Source: Clostridiales bacterium UBA1758
GTDB lineage: Bacteria > Bacillota > Clostridia > Oscillospirales > UBA1758
Length of the DNA stretch: 64,000 bases
Assembly (NCBI GenBank): GCA_002315595.1
Contig: DCHG01000067.1
Coordinates: 3,422-67,421, forward strand
Direction: 5' to 3'
In this document: positions 8,720-16,799 of the stretch, one piece after another
How positions within the stretch are numbered: the first letter of the stretch is position 1
Layout: each line of letters begins with the position of its first letter
Translations under genes and position numbers: made by a program
Notes under the pieces: generated by a model
The model's database searches: none
Told to the model about the DNA's origin: nothing
The model's input: the letters and a program-made list of their open reading frames with translations, nothing else

Positions 8720-10174
8720 TCAGTCTTCGATGACATAGGGGGCAACGCCGTCGGGGATCGGACAGACATAGCCGCCGTCGGCGGTGCGTTCGGCAAATTC
8801 CGCCTTTGCCGCGGAAAGTTTTTCAGGATTGGTCAAAACATCAATGACTGCACCGCAGATTGCTTTTGCGGCGAAGATCAGCCCTTTATCGCCGATCGTT
8901 GTCGCACCGCAGGAGACATTTTGCCACGAATGTCCGGGCGATCCGGACGGGAAGGTGGCGGTCGTCAACTGCGCCGTTGGCGTCAGCCAACTAACATCGC
9001 CGACATCGGTCGAACCGGGAGTAAATTCGTTGCCCGAACGGAAAGGAATGATAAAATCATTGATTGCACGCTTGCCGTTGTCGCTGAGTTTTTTGACTTC
9101 GGCGGCGATCGAGGTATCGAAACGGCAGGCGTTGCCCGGAAGTTCCGTTGCACCCGGGAAGGTTGCTTTCAGTTCCGCGGCGTATTTTTGTTCGTCCGCC
9201 GTATATTCGGGCATCGGAAGTACGGACAGACTGTCGAATAAGATCTTTTCAAGCGCAGTGTTCGGCACGGTATTTGCCGTTCCGTCGACGAAGATCCGTT
9301 CGTAGGTCGTTTCGGTCATCTTTGCCGCACCTTCGGCAAGCAGGTCGACACGACGCTGAAGTTCCAGTGTGTCTGCGACCTTGCAGGAACGCACCATGTA
9401 AAGCACGGATGCGTGCGGCTGAACGACATTCGGCGAAACGCCGCCGCCATCGATCATCGCATAGTGGATGCGGCAATCGGTCGCCATATGCTCGCGCAAA
9501 TACTGCGCACCGATGTTCATCAGTTCGATTGCGTCAAGCGCGGAACGCCCCTGTTCTGGGTTTCCCGCTGCATGAGAAGCGACGCCCTTGAATTTGTATA
9601 AAACCTGCGTGCAGGAGTTACAGGTGCCGGTCGTGATTTCGTTGGTGTCGCCCGGATGCCAGGAAAATGCGGCATCGAGTTTTTTCCACACGCCGTCGCG
9701 CGCCATGTACGCCTTTGATGCGCCACCTTCTTCACCGGGGCACCCGTAGAAAATCACTGTACCCGGTGTACCGGTTTCTTCTAAAAAGTGTTTGACACCG
9801 CATGCGGCGGCAAACGATCCCGCGCCGAGCATATTATGTCCGCAACCATGTCCGGAGCCGTTTTTGACCAGTTCTTTGCGTTCGAGTTCGCCCGCCTTTT
9901 GCGAAAGACCGGAAAGTGCGTCGAATTCACCCAAAATTCCGATGACGGGGCCGCCTTCGCCGGACTTGAAGGTGCCGGAAAACGCAGTCGGAATATCGCA
10001 AAGATTGGATTCGACGACGAAACCTTCCTCGGAGAGTAGTTTTTGATAAAGTTCGGCGGAGCCAAATTCTTTCAGTGAAAGTTCGGCAAGTTCCCAGATC
10101 TTATGAGAAAGATCAGTGTACTTTTTTGAATTAAAATCAATGTAATCGCAGGCATTTTTGAAGTAATCGGTCAT
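8720..10174 (-). CDS. M20-family amidohydrolase (AbgB / aminobenzoyl-glutamate hydrolase subunit B-like)
   Basis: 484 aa with metal-ligand region GSGHGCGHNMLGAGS and GCPGEEGG. GAGGA RBS. Confidence 0.8.
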   Translation of the reverse strand: MTDYFKNACDYIDFNSKKYTDLSHKIWELAELSLKEFGSAELYQKLLSEEGFVVESNLCDIPTAFSGTFKSGEGGPVIGILGEFDALSGLSQKAGELERKELVKNGSGHGCGHNMLGAGSFAAACGVKHFLEETGTPGTVIFYGCPGEEGGASKAYMARDGVWKKLDAAFSWHPGDTNEITTGTCNSCTQVLYKFKGVASHAAGNPEQGRSALDAIELMNIGAQYLREHMATDCRIHYAMIDGGGVSPNVVQPHASVLYMVRSCKVADTLELQRRVDLLAEGAAKMTETTYERIFVDGTANTVPNTALEKILFDSLSVLPMPEYTADEQKYAAELKATFPGATELPGNACRFDTSIAAEVKKLSDNGKRAINDFIIPFRSGNEFTPGSTDVGDVSWLTPTAQLTTATFPSGSPGHSWQNVSCGATTIGDKGLIFAAKAICGAVIDVLTNPEKLSAAKAEFAERTADGGYVCPIPDGVAPYVIED

Positions 10175-10191
10175 AAAATCCTCGATTCTAA

Positions 10192-10932
10192 TCAGTACAG
10201 AACCTTGCTGAGAAACTCCTGCGTGCGTTGGTTCTGCGGATGGTTGAACAGATCTTCGGGTTTGCCGCTTTCGGCGATGATGCCGTTGTCCATGAACAGG
10301 ACGCGGTCGGATACTTCTTTGGCAAAGCCCATTTCGTGCGTGACGATGACGGAGGTCATGCCGTCACGCACAAGGGACTTGATAACTTCGAGTACTTCGC
10401 CGACCATTTCAGGGTCAAGTGCGGAGGTCGGTTCGTCAAAGAGCATGACATCCGGCTCCATTGCGAGGGCACGGACAATGGCAAGACGCTGCTTCTGACC
10501 GCCGGAAAGGCGAGTCGGATGCTCGTTACGCTTATCGTACAGACCGACGCGGTTCAACAGTGATTTAGCGATCTCGTCCGCTTCCTGTTGAGTTTTCTTG
10601 TTAAGAAGCACCGGCGCGAGAGTGATGTTTTTTTGCACGGAAAGATGCGGAAAAACATTAAAATGCTGGAAGACCATACCCATCTTCTGACGATGGATGT
10701 TGATGTCGACATTGGCGTTGGTTATTTCGGTACCTTCAAAGAAGATCTGACCGGCTTCCGGCACTTCAAGCAGGTTCAGGCAACGCAAAAACGTGCTTTT
10801 TCCGCCGCCGGACGGACCGATGATGGAAACGACTTCGCCCTTGCTGATATGTTCGGAAACGCCCTTGAGAACATGAAGGGTGCCCTTTCCGTTGAGCGTA
10901 AAACTCTTATGCAGATCAATCGTCTTAATCAT
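10192..10932 (-). CDS. Polar amino-acid ABC transporter ATP-binding protein
   Basis: Walker [10 protein letters not shown], signature LSGGQKQR and Walker [12 protein letters not shown], with a GlnQ/ArtP-like layout. Confidence 0.9.
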   Translation of the reverse strand: MIKTIDLHKSFTLNGKGTLHVLKGVSEHISKGEVVSIIGPSGGGKSTFLRCLNLLEVPEAGQIFFEGTEITNANVDINIHRQKMGMVFQHFNVFPHLSVQKNITLAPVLLNKKTQQEADEIAKSLLNRVGLYDKRNEHPTRLSGGQKQRLAIVRALAMEPDVMLFDEPTSALDPEMVGEVLEVIKSLVRDGMTSVIVTHEMGFAKEVSDRVLFMDNGIIAESGKPEDLFNHPQNQRTQEFLSKVLY

Positions 10933-11599
10933 TGGCTTTCAGTCTCCTCTCGAATACGCCGAGCAGTTTGCTCAAAACGAAGGTCAGCACGAAGTAAATC
11001 ACACCGACGATGAACAGACATTCAATGGTGAGGTAGGTGTTGCCCTTGACCTTCAAATAAGCGGTCATCAACTCGCCGATAAAGAACGTGGATGCCAGCG
11101 AAGTATCCTTGACAATCATAATGAATTCGTTGCCGAGGGCGGGAAGAATGTTTTTGACCGCCTGCGGCAGAATGATGCGCGTCATGGTCTGACCGGAAGA
11201 AAGACCGAGACTGCGTGCGGCTTCGCTTTGACCGCGGTCGATCGCCTGAATGCCGGAACGGAAGACTTCCGAAACATACGCGGCAGAGTTGATGATCAAA
11301 GCGATCGTAATGCTCATATAGTCCGAGATCTGAATAGGGAGAAGTTGCGGGATGAGGAAGTAGCCGACATACAACTGTAAAAGCATCGGCGTACCGCGGA
11401 CGACTTCGACAATTGCGATGACGAGCCAGTTCAGGGGCTTGAATTTTGACATTCTGCCGATACAGAAAAGAATACCGAGCAATGCGCCGAAGACGACTGT
11501 GATCACGGAAAGAATCAAAGTGTAACTGACGCCCTCGATCAGGAATACTTTCCAGTATTTCGACAAAATATTGCCGATATTGGTAATATATTCGCTCAT
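10925..11599 (-). CDS. Polar amino-acid ABC transporter permease
   Basis: HisM/GlnP-type permease with EAA-like loop [22 protein letters not shown]. It overlaps the ATPase gene by 8 nt. Confidence 0.9.
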   Translation of the reverse strand: MSEYITNIGNILSKYWKVFLIEGVSYTLILSVITVVFGALLGILFCIGRMSKFKPLNWLVIAIVEVVRGTPMLLQLYVGYFLIPQLLPIQISDYMSITIALIINSAAYVSEVFRSGIQAIDRGQSEAARSLGLSSGQTMTRIILPQAVKNILPALGNEFIMIVKDTSLASTFFIGELMTAYLKVKGNTYLTIECLFIVGVIYFVLTFVLSKLLGVFERRLKAND

Positions 11600-11704
11600 T
11601 TTGACCTCCTAAAAGGGAATTAAGAATTTTCTTTATAAACAAGAGAATGTCAAGGCCACCTTTTGGGTTGACCTTGACAGTTCATCTTTTAATTCTAATT
11701 GAGA

Positions 11705-12553
11705 TTAGCCTTCGATAACGTTTCCGTCTTCGTCGTAGGAAACATCGGCGGCGGTGTCAATACCGGCAAGTTCCTGGGCTTCGTCATACCATTCACCGTA
11801 GTAGCCGTTTTCGTAGGCTTTGGCAAGGATTTCGTTGACCTTGGCGGTCAGTTCGTCATCGCCCTTTTTGAGAAGGATGACGTTATTTTCGGCTTCTTCG
11901 GAAACATCGAATTCAAAACCACTCATTGCGATGCCGTCGTTGTTGGCGATGATCGCGTCACCATTACCCTTTGCAACGGCAAGAGCGTCGATGTTACCGG
12001 CTCTGAGGGCTTCAACAGCAGTGCCGATATCGCCGAATTCCTTGATCTCGGCATCTTCCGGAAGTTGCTCGTTGCAGAGATTCATTTGAAGGGAAGCGGT
12101 CTGTGCACCGACAACCAAGCCGGAGAAGTCATCGGCGGAAGAATACTTGCCGCCGTTTTCGGCGAGAACGATGATGACCTGTTCGGTTTCATTGTCGCCG
12201 GCGTAATAATAATCGGAAAGGTTATAGTTTGCGGCACGTTCTTCGGTGACAGAGTAGCCGGAGATCGACATATCGACGGAGCCGGACTGAACAGCAGCCT
12301 GGCAGGCGTCAAAACTCATCGGCTTGATGACGAGTTCTTTGCCCATTTCTTCGGCAATGAACTTCGCAAGAGAAACGTCAAATCCGATGTATTGATCCTG
12401 ACCACTCTTGGAAGTGTCGACAAATTCCATCGGAGCAAAGTCCGGGGAAAGCGCGACAGTCAACTGATTGCTTTCTTTTTTTGCACAGCCGGTGAGGCTG
12501 AAGATGCTGACCACCATGATGAGGGCGGCGAGAAGAGAGATAACCTTTTTCAT
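11705..12553 (-). CDS. Amino-acid ABC transporter substrate-binding lipoprotein
   Basis: Lipobox SLTGC and family-3 SBP features (DVSLAKFIAEEMGKELVIKPMSFD, SISGYSVTEER). Confidence 0.85.
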   Translation of the reverse strand: MKKVISLLAALIMVVSIFSLTGCAKKESNQLTVALSPDFAPMEFVDTSKSGQDQYIGFDVSLAKFIAEEMGKELVIKPMSFDACQAAVQSGSVDMSISGYSVTEERAANYNLSDYYYAGDNETEQVIIVLAENGGKYSSADDFSGLVVGAQTASLQMNLCNEQLPEDAEIKEFGDIGTAVEALRAGNIDALAVAKGNGDAIIANNDGIAMSGFEFDVSEEAENNVILLKKGDDELTAKVNEILAKAYENGYYGEWYDEAQELAGIDTAADVSYDEDGNVIEG

Positions 12554-12609
12554 TTGAATGATCCTTCTTTCATTATTTAACCGAAACGGTTATTTTTTAT
12601 AATGACAAT

Positions 12610-12638
12610 ATCATACGCGCATATTTATGCAATGTCAA
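12610..12638 (-). promoter_or_regulatory. Sigma-A type promoter of the amino-acid ABC operon
   Basis: Minus strand reads TTGACA, 17 nt, TATGAT. Confidence 0.55.
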
Positions 12639-12874
12639 GCGTATTTTTTATTTTTGTGAAAAAAGATAAAACAAGCGGGTTCAAAATGTATAAACTGTGA
12701 AGGTTAACAATGAATAAATGAATAAATCCTTGATTTCATTGGCCGTCCTACGGAAAACATCGGGAAGTGACGGAGGAATGTTCATGCGAAGAGCATAGGA
12801 TGCATAGAAACAAAAAATGCATAAAATCGGTCGTTATGCACAACAATATTCAAAATGTGAGAATGAAACGGAAA

Positions 12875-13969
12875 TCAGCGAGAAATTCCGTTCAATTCAA
12901 ACCGCAGATCCGCATTTTTCTTCGGCTGAATGGAGGCAAAATACTTTTCTTCCAACGGAATCCATCGTTCAATAAAGGCATTCATGCCGTCCTCGCCTTC
13001 ACGGGCAAGCAAACGGTCATACTGTTCTTCCGGCGAAAGGTCGACAAAGACTCGAACGGCGTAGTGATCCGCGAGCGCGGGATGGCAGGCGTAGGAACCT
13101 TCGACGACGACGATTTCGGCGGGAGCAAACGAAATCGGTGCGCCGAGGGACTGATCGGCACAGACGAACGGGCGGTAGGTGAAGGCTTCTCCGCGGGAAA
13201 GGGGCGTCAAGACTTCCGCGAGAAAGCGTTCGTGGTCAATATTTTCACCCGGAACATCAAAGCGTTCGGGGGCTCTTTGTTCGGGGCGGAGGAAGAAATC
13301 ATCCATATGCAGCACGGGGACGCCGTATTTTTCGGCAAGTACACGCGCAAGCGTGGATTTTCCCGAAGTACAGCGTCCGTCGATGGCGACGATGACGGGG
13401 TGACGGTCGGTTTTTACCTTTGCGGCGGAAAAGATCGCGTCTGCCGCGACGGAAACATCGACTGAATTTGACGGACGGATGACAACGCGATACGCGGGCG
13501 CATAGGCTGCACGGTACTGTTCACTGTGCGAGATCGTCGGGTAACCCGCCATCGAATAGGACATCAGGAAGCGTTTCAGGTCACAGGGCATAAAATCGAA
13601 TAAACCGCGGTCGGCGGCTTCCAAGGCGATTCCGAGTTTCGTTCGGAAGGAACGCTTGTCGCCGGTGTGTTCGGTGGCGGAACGGACAAATTTGTCGTTT
13701 AACTCTTCCAATGGGTATTTTTTGTCGTCGATTGCACCAAGCATGACACGTGCAAGCCCGTTGCCGATGTCCTCGTAAATTTCCTCGGAAAAGTCGTGAC
13801 GGATGGTGGTGTATTCCTGCTTCAATCGGGCAAGGCTTTCCGCCGGATCGGCAATGAGATGACCGCCGCCGAACTCGTTTTGAAAGGCGAGTTTGATGAC
13901 ATCCTGCGCGGTCAGTTTCGGATAGCGTGCGGTATGACGGATCAGTGTTATATCAAACGGATGATACAT
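12875..13969 (-). CDS. Fusion of an unknown N-terminal domain (about 190 aa) with a uridine-kinase-like P-loop kinase domain
   Basis: GGAG lies 8 nt before ATG 13969. Walker A is IDGRCTSGKST, followed by VLHMDDFF. The C-terminal half has a uridine/nucleoside kinase-like layout. Confidence 0.7.
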   Translation of the reverse strand: MYHPFDITLIRHTARYPKLTAQDVIKLAFQNEFGGGHLIADPAESLARLKQEYTTIRHDFSEEIYEDIGNGLARVMLGAIDDKKYPLEELNDKFVRSATEHTGDKRSFRTKLGIALEAADRGLFDFMPCDLKRFLMSYSMAGYPTISHSEQYRAAYAPAYRVVIRPSNSVDVSVAADAIFSAAKVKTDRHPVIVAIDGRCTSGKSTLARVLAEKYGVPVLHMDDFFLRPEQRAPERFDVPGENIDHERFLAEVLTPLSRGEAFTYRPFVCADQSLGAPISFAPAEIVVVEGSYACHPALADHYAVRVFVDLSPEEQYDRLLAREGEDGMNAFIERWIPLEEKYFASIQPKKNADLRFELNGISR

Positions 13970-14032
13970 GACAATCACTCCTTCAAACTAATGGTATTAT
14001 ACACGAAGCGGCAATTCTTTTCCAGTATTCGA

Positions 14033-14061
14033 TTGACAAAATCTGAAAATGCTGATATACT
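14033..14061 (+). promoter_or_regulatory. Consensus sigma-A promoter
   Basis: TTGACA, 17 nt, TATACT. Confidence 0.65.
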
Positions 14062-14184
14062 CTGTTGCGTCGACCGAAGTCGGCAACCGCACGGTCAAGC
14101 CGCTATTCCGATTTTGAATATGGTATCAGGAAGATACTTGTGCCTTGGAAAAGGTGAGGGTATCTTTTTTTATTTGGAGGAAGC
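14062..14184 (+). promoter_or_regulatory. Structured 5' leader with mutually exclusive antiterminator and terminator hairpins (riboswitch or attenuator candidate, class not recognised)
   Basis: 5' hairpin GTTGC-gt-CGAC-cgaa-GTCG-GCAAC. Hairpin TATTC-cgatttt-GAATA. Antiterminator GGTATC-aggaa-GATACT competes with terminator AGATAC...GTATCT followed by T7. Confidence 0.5.
14132..14172 (+). terminator. Leader (attenuator) terminator
   Basis: AGATAC-ttgtg-CCTT-ggaa-AAGG-tgagg-GTATCT followed by TTTTTTT, ending 13 nt before the start codon. Confidence 0.7.
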
Positions 14185-14700
14185 ATGAATCACATCAAAA
14201 AACTTGTTTACACGGCGGTGTTTATCGCAATCGGAATAGTTTTGCCGTTTTTGACGGGACAGATCCCCGAGATCGGTGCGGCACTTTGCCCGATGCACCT
14301 GCCCGTCATTCTCTGCGGCTTTATTTGCGGATGGCAGTGGGGATTGGCGGCGGGAATCGTCACACCGATCCTGCGTTCGGTGATTTTCGGAATGCCGCCG
14401 ATGTTTCCGACGGCGACGGCAATGGCGTTTGAACTTGCCGCATACGGCGCCGTTGCAGGAATACTGTACCGCATTTTGCCGAAAAAGATCGGCTATATCT
14501 ATTGTTCCCTTGTTGCCGCGATGATCGCGGGACGGCTGATTTGGGGTGGCGTGATGTTTTTTTTCACATCGGGCTTCGGAATGTCCGCGTTCTTTGCAGG
14601 GGCAGTACTGAATGCTGTTCCGGGAATGATCGTTCAGATCACTTTAATCCCCGTGCTTGTCATGGCAATGAAACAGGCAAAACTAATATTGAACGAATAA
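14185..14700 (+). CDS. ECF-transporter substrate-specific (S) component, substrate unknown
   Basis: 171 aa with about 6 TM segments, a small hydrophobic protein with PMHLPVILCGF and G-rich helices. GGAGG RBS. No ECF A/T genes are adjacent. Confidence 0.75.
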   Translation: MNHIKKLVYTAVFIAIGIVLPFLTGQIPEIGAALCPMHLPVILCGFICGWQWGLAAGIVTPILRSVIFGMPPMFPTATAMAFELAAYGAVAGILYRILPKKIGYIYCSLVAAMIAGRLIWGGVMFFFTSGFGMSAFFAGAVLNAVPGMIVQITLIPVLVMAMKQAKLILNE

Positions 14701-14702
14701 CG

Positions 14703-14728
14703 AAAAAACCGCCCTCGGGCGGTTTTTA
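14703..14728. terminator. Bidirectional rho-independent terminator
   Basis: AAAAAA-CCGCCC-tcg-GGGCGG-TTTTT between convergent genes. Confidence 0.8.
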
Positions 14729-15580
14729 TTATACGGTTCCTATGACGGTGAGCGTGGAGGTTCCGGGGACGATCGTCCACGAACCGTCGGTCTGTTGCGT
14801 GTAAGTGGCGGCGGGAACGGTGACGATGCCTGCCGTGGTGGTAAATACGCCGGTCGTGGAATTGTAGAGATACTGTGTGCCAGGGGCGAGAGTGGTGCCG
14901 TTCAGTGTGGCGACGAGATTTGTCAACACCGGATCAAAGGTATCGGCGACGACGATATTTGCATTCACATCGGCGGGTGAGTTGCCCACATTTTCGATGA
15001 CGAAGGTATAGGTGATCTGCTGATTTTCGCTGACGGTAAGCGGCGAAAGCGATTTCGTGATCGTCAGCGTCGGATCATTGGTTGCGGTGATCGTTGCCGA
15101 AGCGGTGACGGGTTCTGCAACACCGTCACCCGTAGCGGTTACGGTGTTTGTGACCGTTCCGCCGACGGTCGGTGGTGCATAGTCATTCAGCAATGCCTGA
15201 TAGATGAGGGTGGCGTTGCCGCCTGCGGGAACATTAACGCCCGTGACCGTTAGCGGGGGTCCTGCCGTTGTTGCGGGCGCGGCCTGGACCGTTCCGTTTA
15301 TCAGATATTCGACCGATCCGTCGGTGTAGGACATCGGAACAACGGTTCCACTGCTGACGGTGAATGCACCGAGATCATCCGTAACCGTCAGATTGGTTAG
15401 TGCGGTGGTGCCGCTGTTGGTCAAAGTCACGACATAGGTCACGGTCGTACCGGGGGTGTAGGTGGCGACAAGTGCGGCTTTTGTCACGGAAAGCGCGTTC
15501 AGGTACTCGCCCGTGACGGTATTCGACAAGACGCTTAACCCATTGTAGGTCAGCGTTGCCTGATTGTTAAAGGTTGGCAT
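14729..15580 (-). CDS. DUF11 (conserved repeat domain) protein with two tandem beta-sandwich repeats and no signal peptide
   Basis: GGGAGG RBS. Repeats are LSVTKAALVATYTPGTTVTYVVTLTNSGTTALTNLTVTDDLG and LTITKSLSPLTVSENQQITYTFVIENVGNSPA...VVADTFDP. The N-terminus MPTFNNQATLTYNG is not hydrophobic. Confidence 0.7.
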   Translation of the reverse strand: MPTFNNQATLTYNGLSVLSNTVTGEYLNALSVTKAALVATYTPGTTVTYVVTLTNSGTTALTNLTVTDDLGAFTVSSGTVVPMSYTDGSVEYLINGTVQAAPATTAGPPLTVTGVNVPAGGNATLIYQALLNDYAPPTVGGTVTNTVTATGDGVAEPVTASATITATNDPTLTITKSLSPLTVSENQQITYTFVIENVGNSPADVNANIVVADTFDPVLTNLVATLNGTTLAPGTQYLYNSTTGVFTTTAGIVTVPAATYTQQTDGSWTIVPGTSTLTVIGTV

Positions 15581-15657
15581 ATTCTTCCTCCCAAGTGCTG
15601 TTTGAGGGGGATTACATCCCTCGGGACAGTATATGATACGGGGGAAGAAAGAGGAAC

Positions 15658-16110
15658 CTATTTTTCTTTCTTTCGGAGGTCACGAAAAAAATCCGTCAAA
15701 AGGCTTGAACAACGCTTGCCCATGATCCCACCGCAGATCTGCGGCTTATGGGTATAGTTGATCGCCGAAAGATCGGCGATGCTTCCGAAGGATCCGTTTT
15801 TCGGATCGGATGCGCCGAAATACACGTTTTTTATGCGGGAATTGATGATGGCGCCGGCACACATCGGACAGGGCTCCAAAGTGACGTAAAGATCACATTT
15901 CCAAAGCCGCCATCCGCCCAGACGGTGGCAGGCGTCGTCGATTGCCATGAGTTCGGCGTGGGCGAGGGCGTTTTTCGACCGTTCCCGCAAATTGTAGCCT
16001 TCCCCGACGATCTCTCCGTCGCAGACGACAACGCAACCGACGGGGGATTCCCCGAAGGACGCGGCTTTTTCGGCGAGTTCAATGGCACGAAGCATAAAGC
16101 GTTCTTCCAT
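15658..16110 (-). CDS. tadA: tRNA adenosine(34) deaminase
   Basis: HAELMAI and PCPMCAGAI zinc-ligand motifs in 150 aa. Confidence 0.9.
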   Translation of the reverse strand: MEERFMLRAIELAEKAASFGESPVGCVVVCDGEIVGEGYNLRERSKNALAHAELMAIDDACHRLGGWRLWKCDLYVTLEPCPMCAGAIINSRIKNVYFGASDPKNGSFGSIADLSAINYTHKPQICGGIMGKRCSSLLTDFFRDLRKKEK

Positions 16111-16111
16111 T

Positions 16112-16714
16112 TCACACCTCGAGTGCGCGGGTGTATTTGCCCGTTGCTTCCGGACTCAGACCGAGCGAATCCGCAACAATACGACCGTATTCGATCAGAT
16201 TTTGTTTGTCGCCCGCAGCAAGCTCAATTTCAAGTTCGCAGAACGGCGCACGACGACCTTCGTGAATGAAAAAACCTTCGTCGGCGGCGACATGGAAGCG
16301 GCAATCGTTGTACTTGACATCTTGTTGAAGACGGATGAAATCGACACTGCATTCCTCTTTCAGCCCGCCGAGATCGGCGATCCATTCAGGTGCACCGACG
16401 GCAAGAAGTGCCGAAACCGCATCGAAAACCCCGGTGCAGATTGCGTTCCACTCGCCACGTTCGGACAATCCGTCTTTTTCGGATGAGGTCGTCTTGAAGG
16501 TGGCAACAAGATCGTTGTTTTCCTTTCGCACGCGAAGGGAAGCCCGATTTTTTTTCAAAAGCCGTTTATCGTCGGAGAGATAACAGGAACGCATATCGAA
16601 ACGCGTAAGATCCCCGACCGAAAAAAGACTGATGCAGGGTGCGCTGAAAACCGTCGGGGCAACGCCTGAGGGAAGCGAATATTTCAGTTCGATTTCAGAT
16701 GCCATACGACTCAT
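16112..16714 (-). CDS. CYTH-domain protein (triphosphate tunnel metalloenzyme family)
   Basis: N-terminal EIELKY motif, 200 aa, with a 1-nt gap to the tadA start. Confidence 0.7.
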   Translation of the reverse strand: MSRMASEIELKYSLPSGVAPTVFSAPCISLFSVGDLTRFDMRSCYLSDDKRLLKKNRASLRVRKENNDLVATFKTTSSEKDGLSERGEWNAICTGVFDAVSALLAVGAPEWIADLGGLKEECSVDFIRLQQDVKYNDCRFHVAADEGFFIHEGRRAPFCELEIELAAGDKQNLIEYGRIVADSLGLSPEATGKYTRALEV

Positions 16715-16799
16715 CCTTTCTTTTTACTTGGTAATAGTATAAAAGAATCACACAAAGAAGTCAACGCCCCGAACACTCGGAGCGTTGACTGGATTGACA

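Noticed and set aside
15628-15635. Mother-cell sigma (SigE/SigK)-like -10 element CATATACT upstream of the DUF11 gene
   Set aside because: There is a single 8-mer match with no convincing -35 partner at the right spacing. That is insufficient to claim a sporulation promoter.
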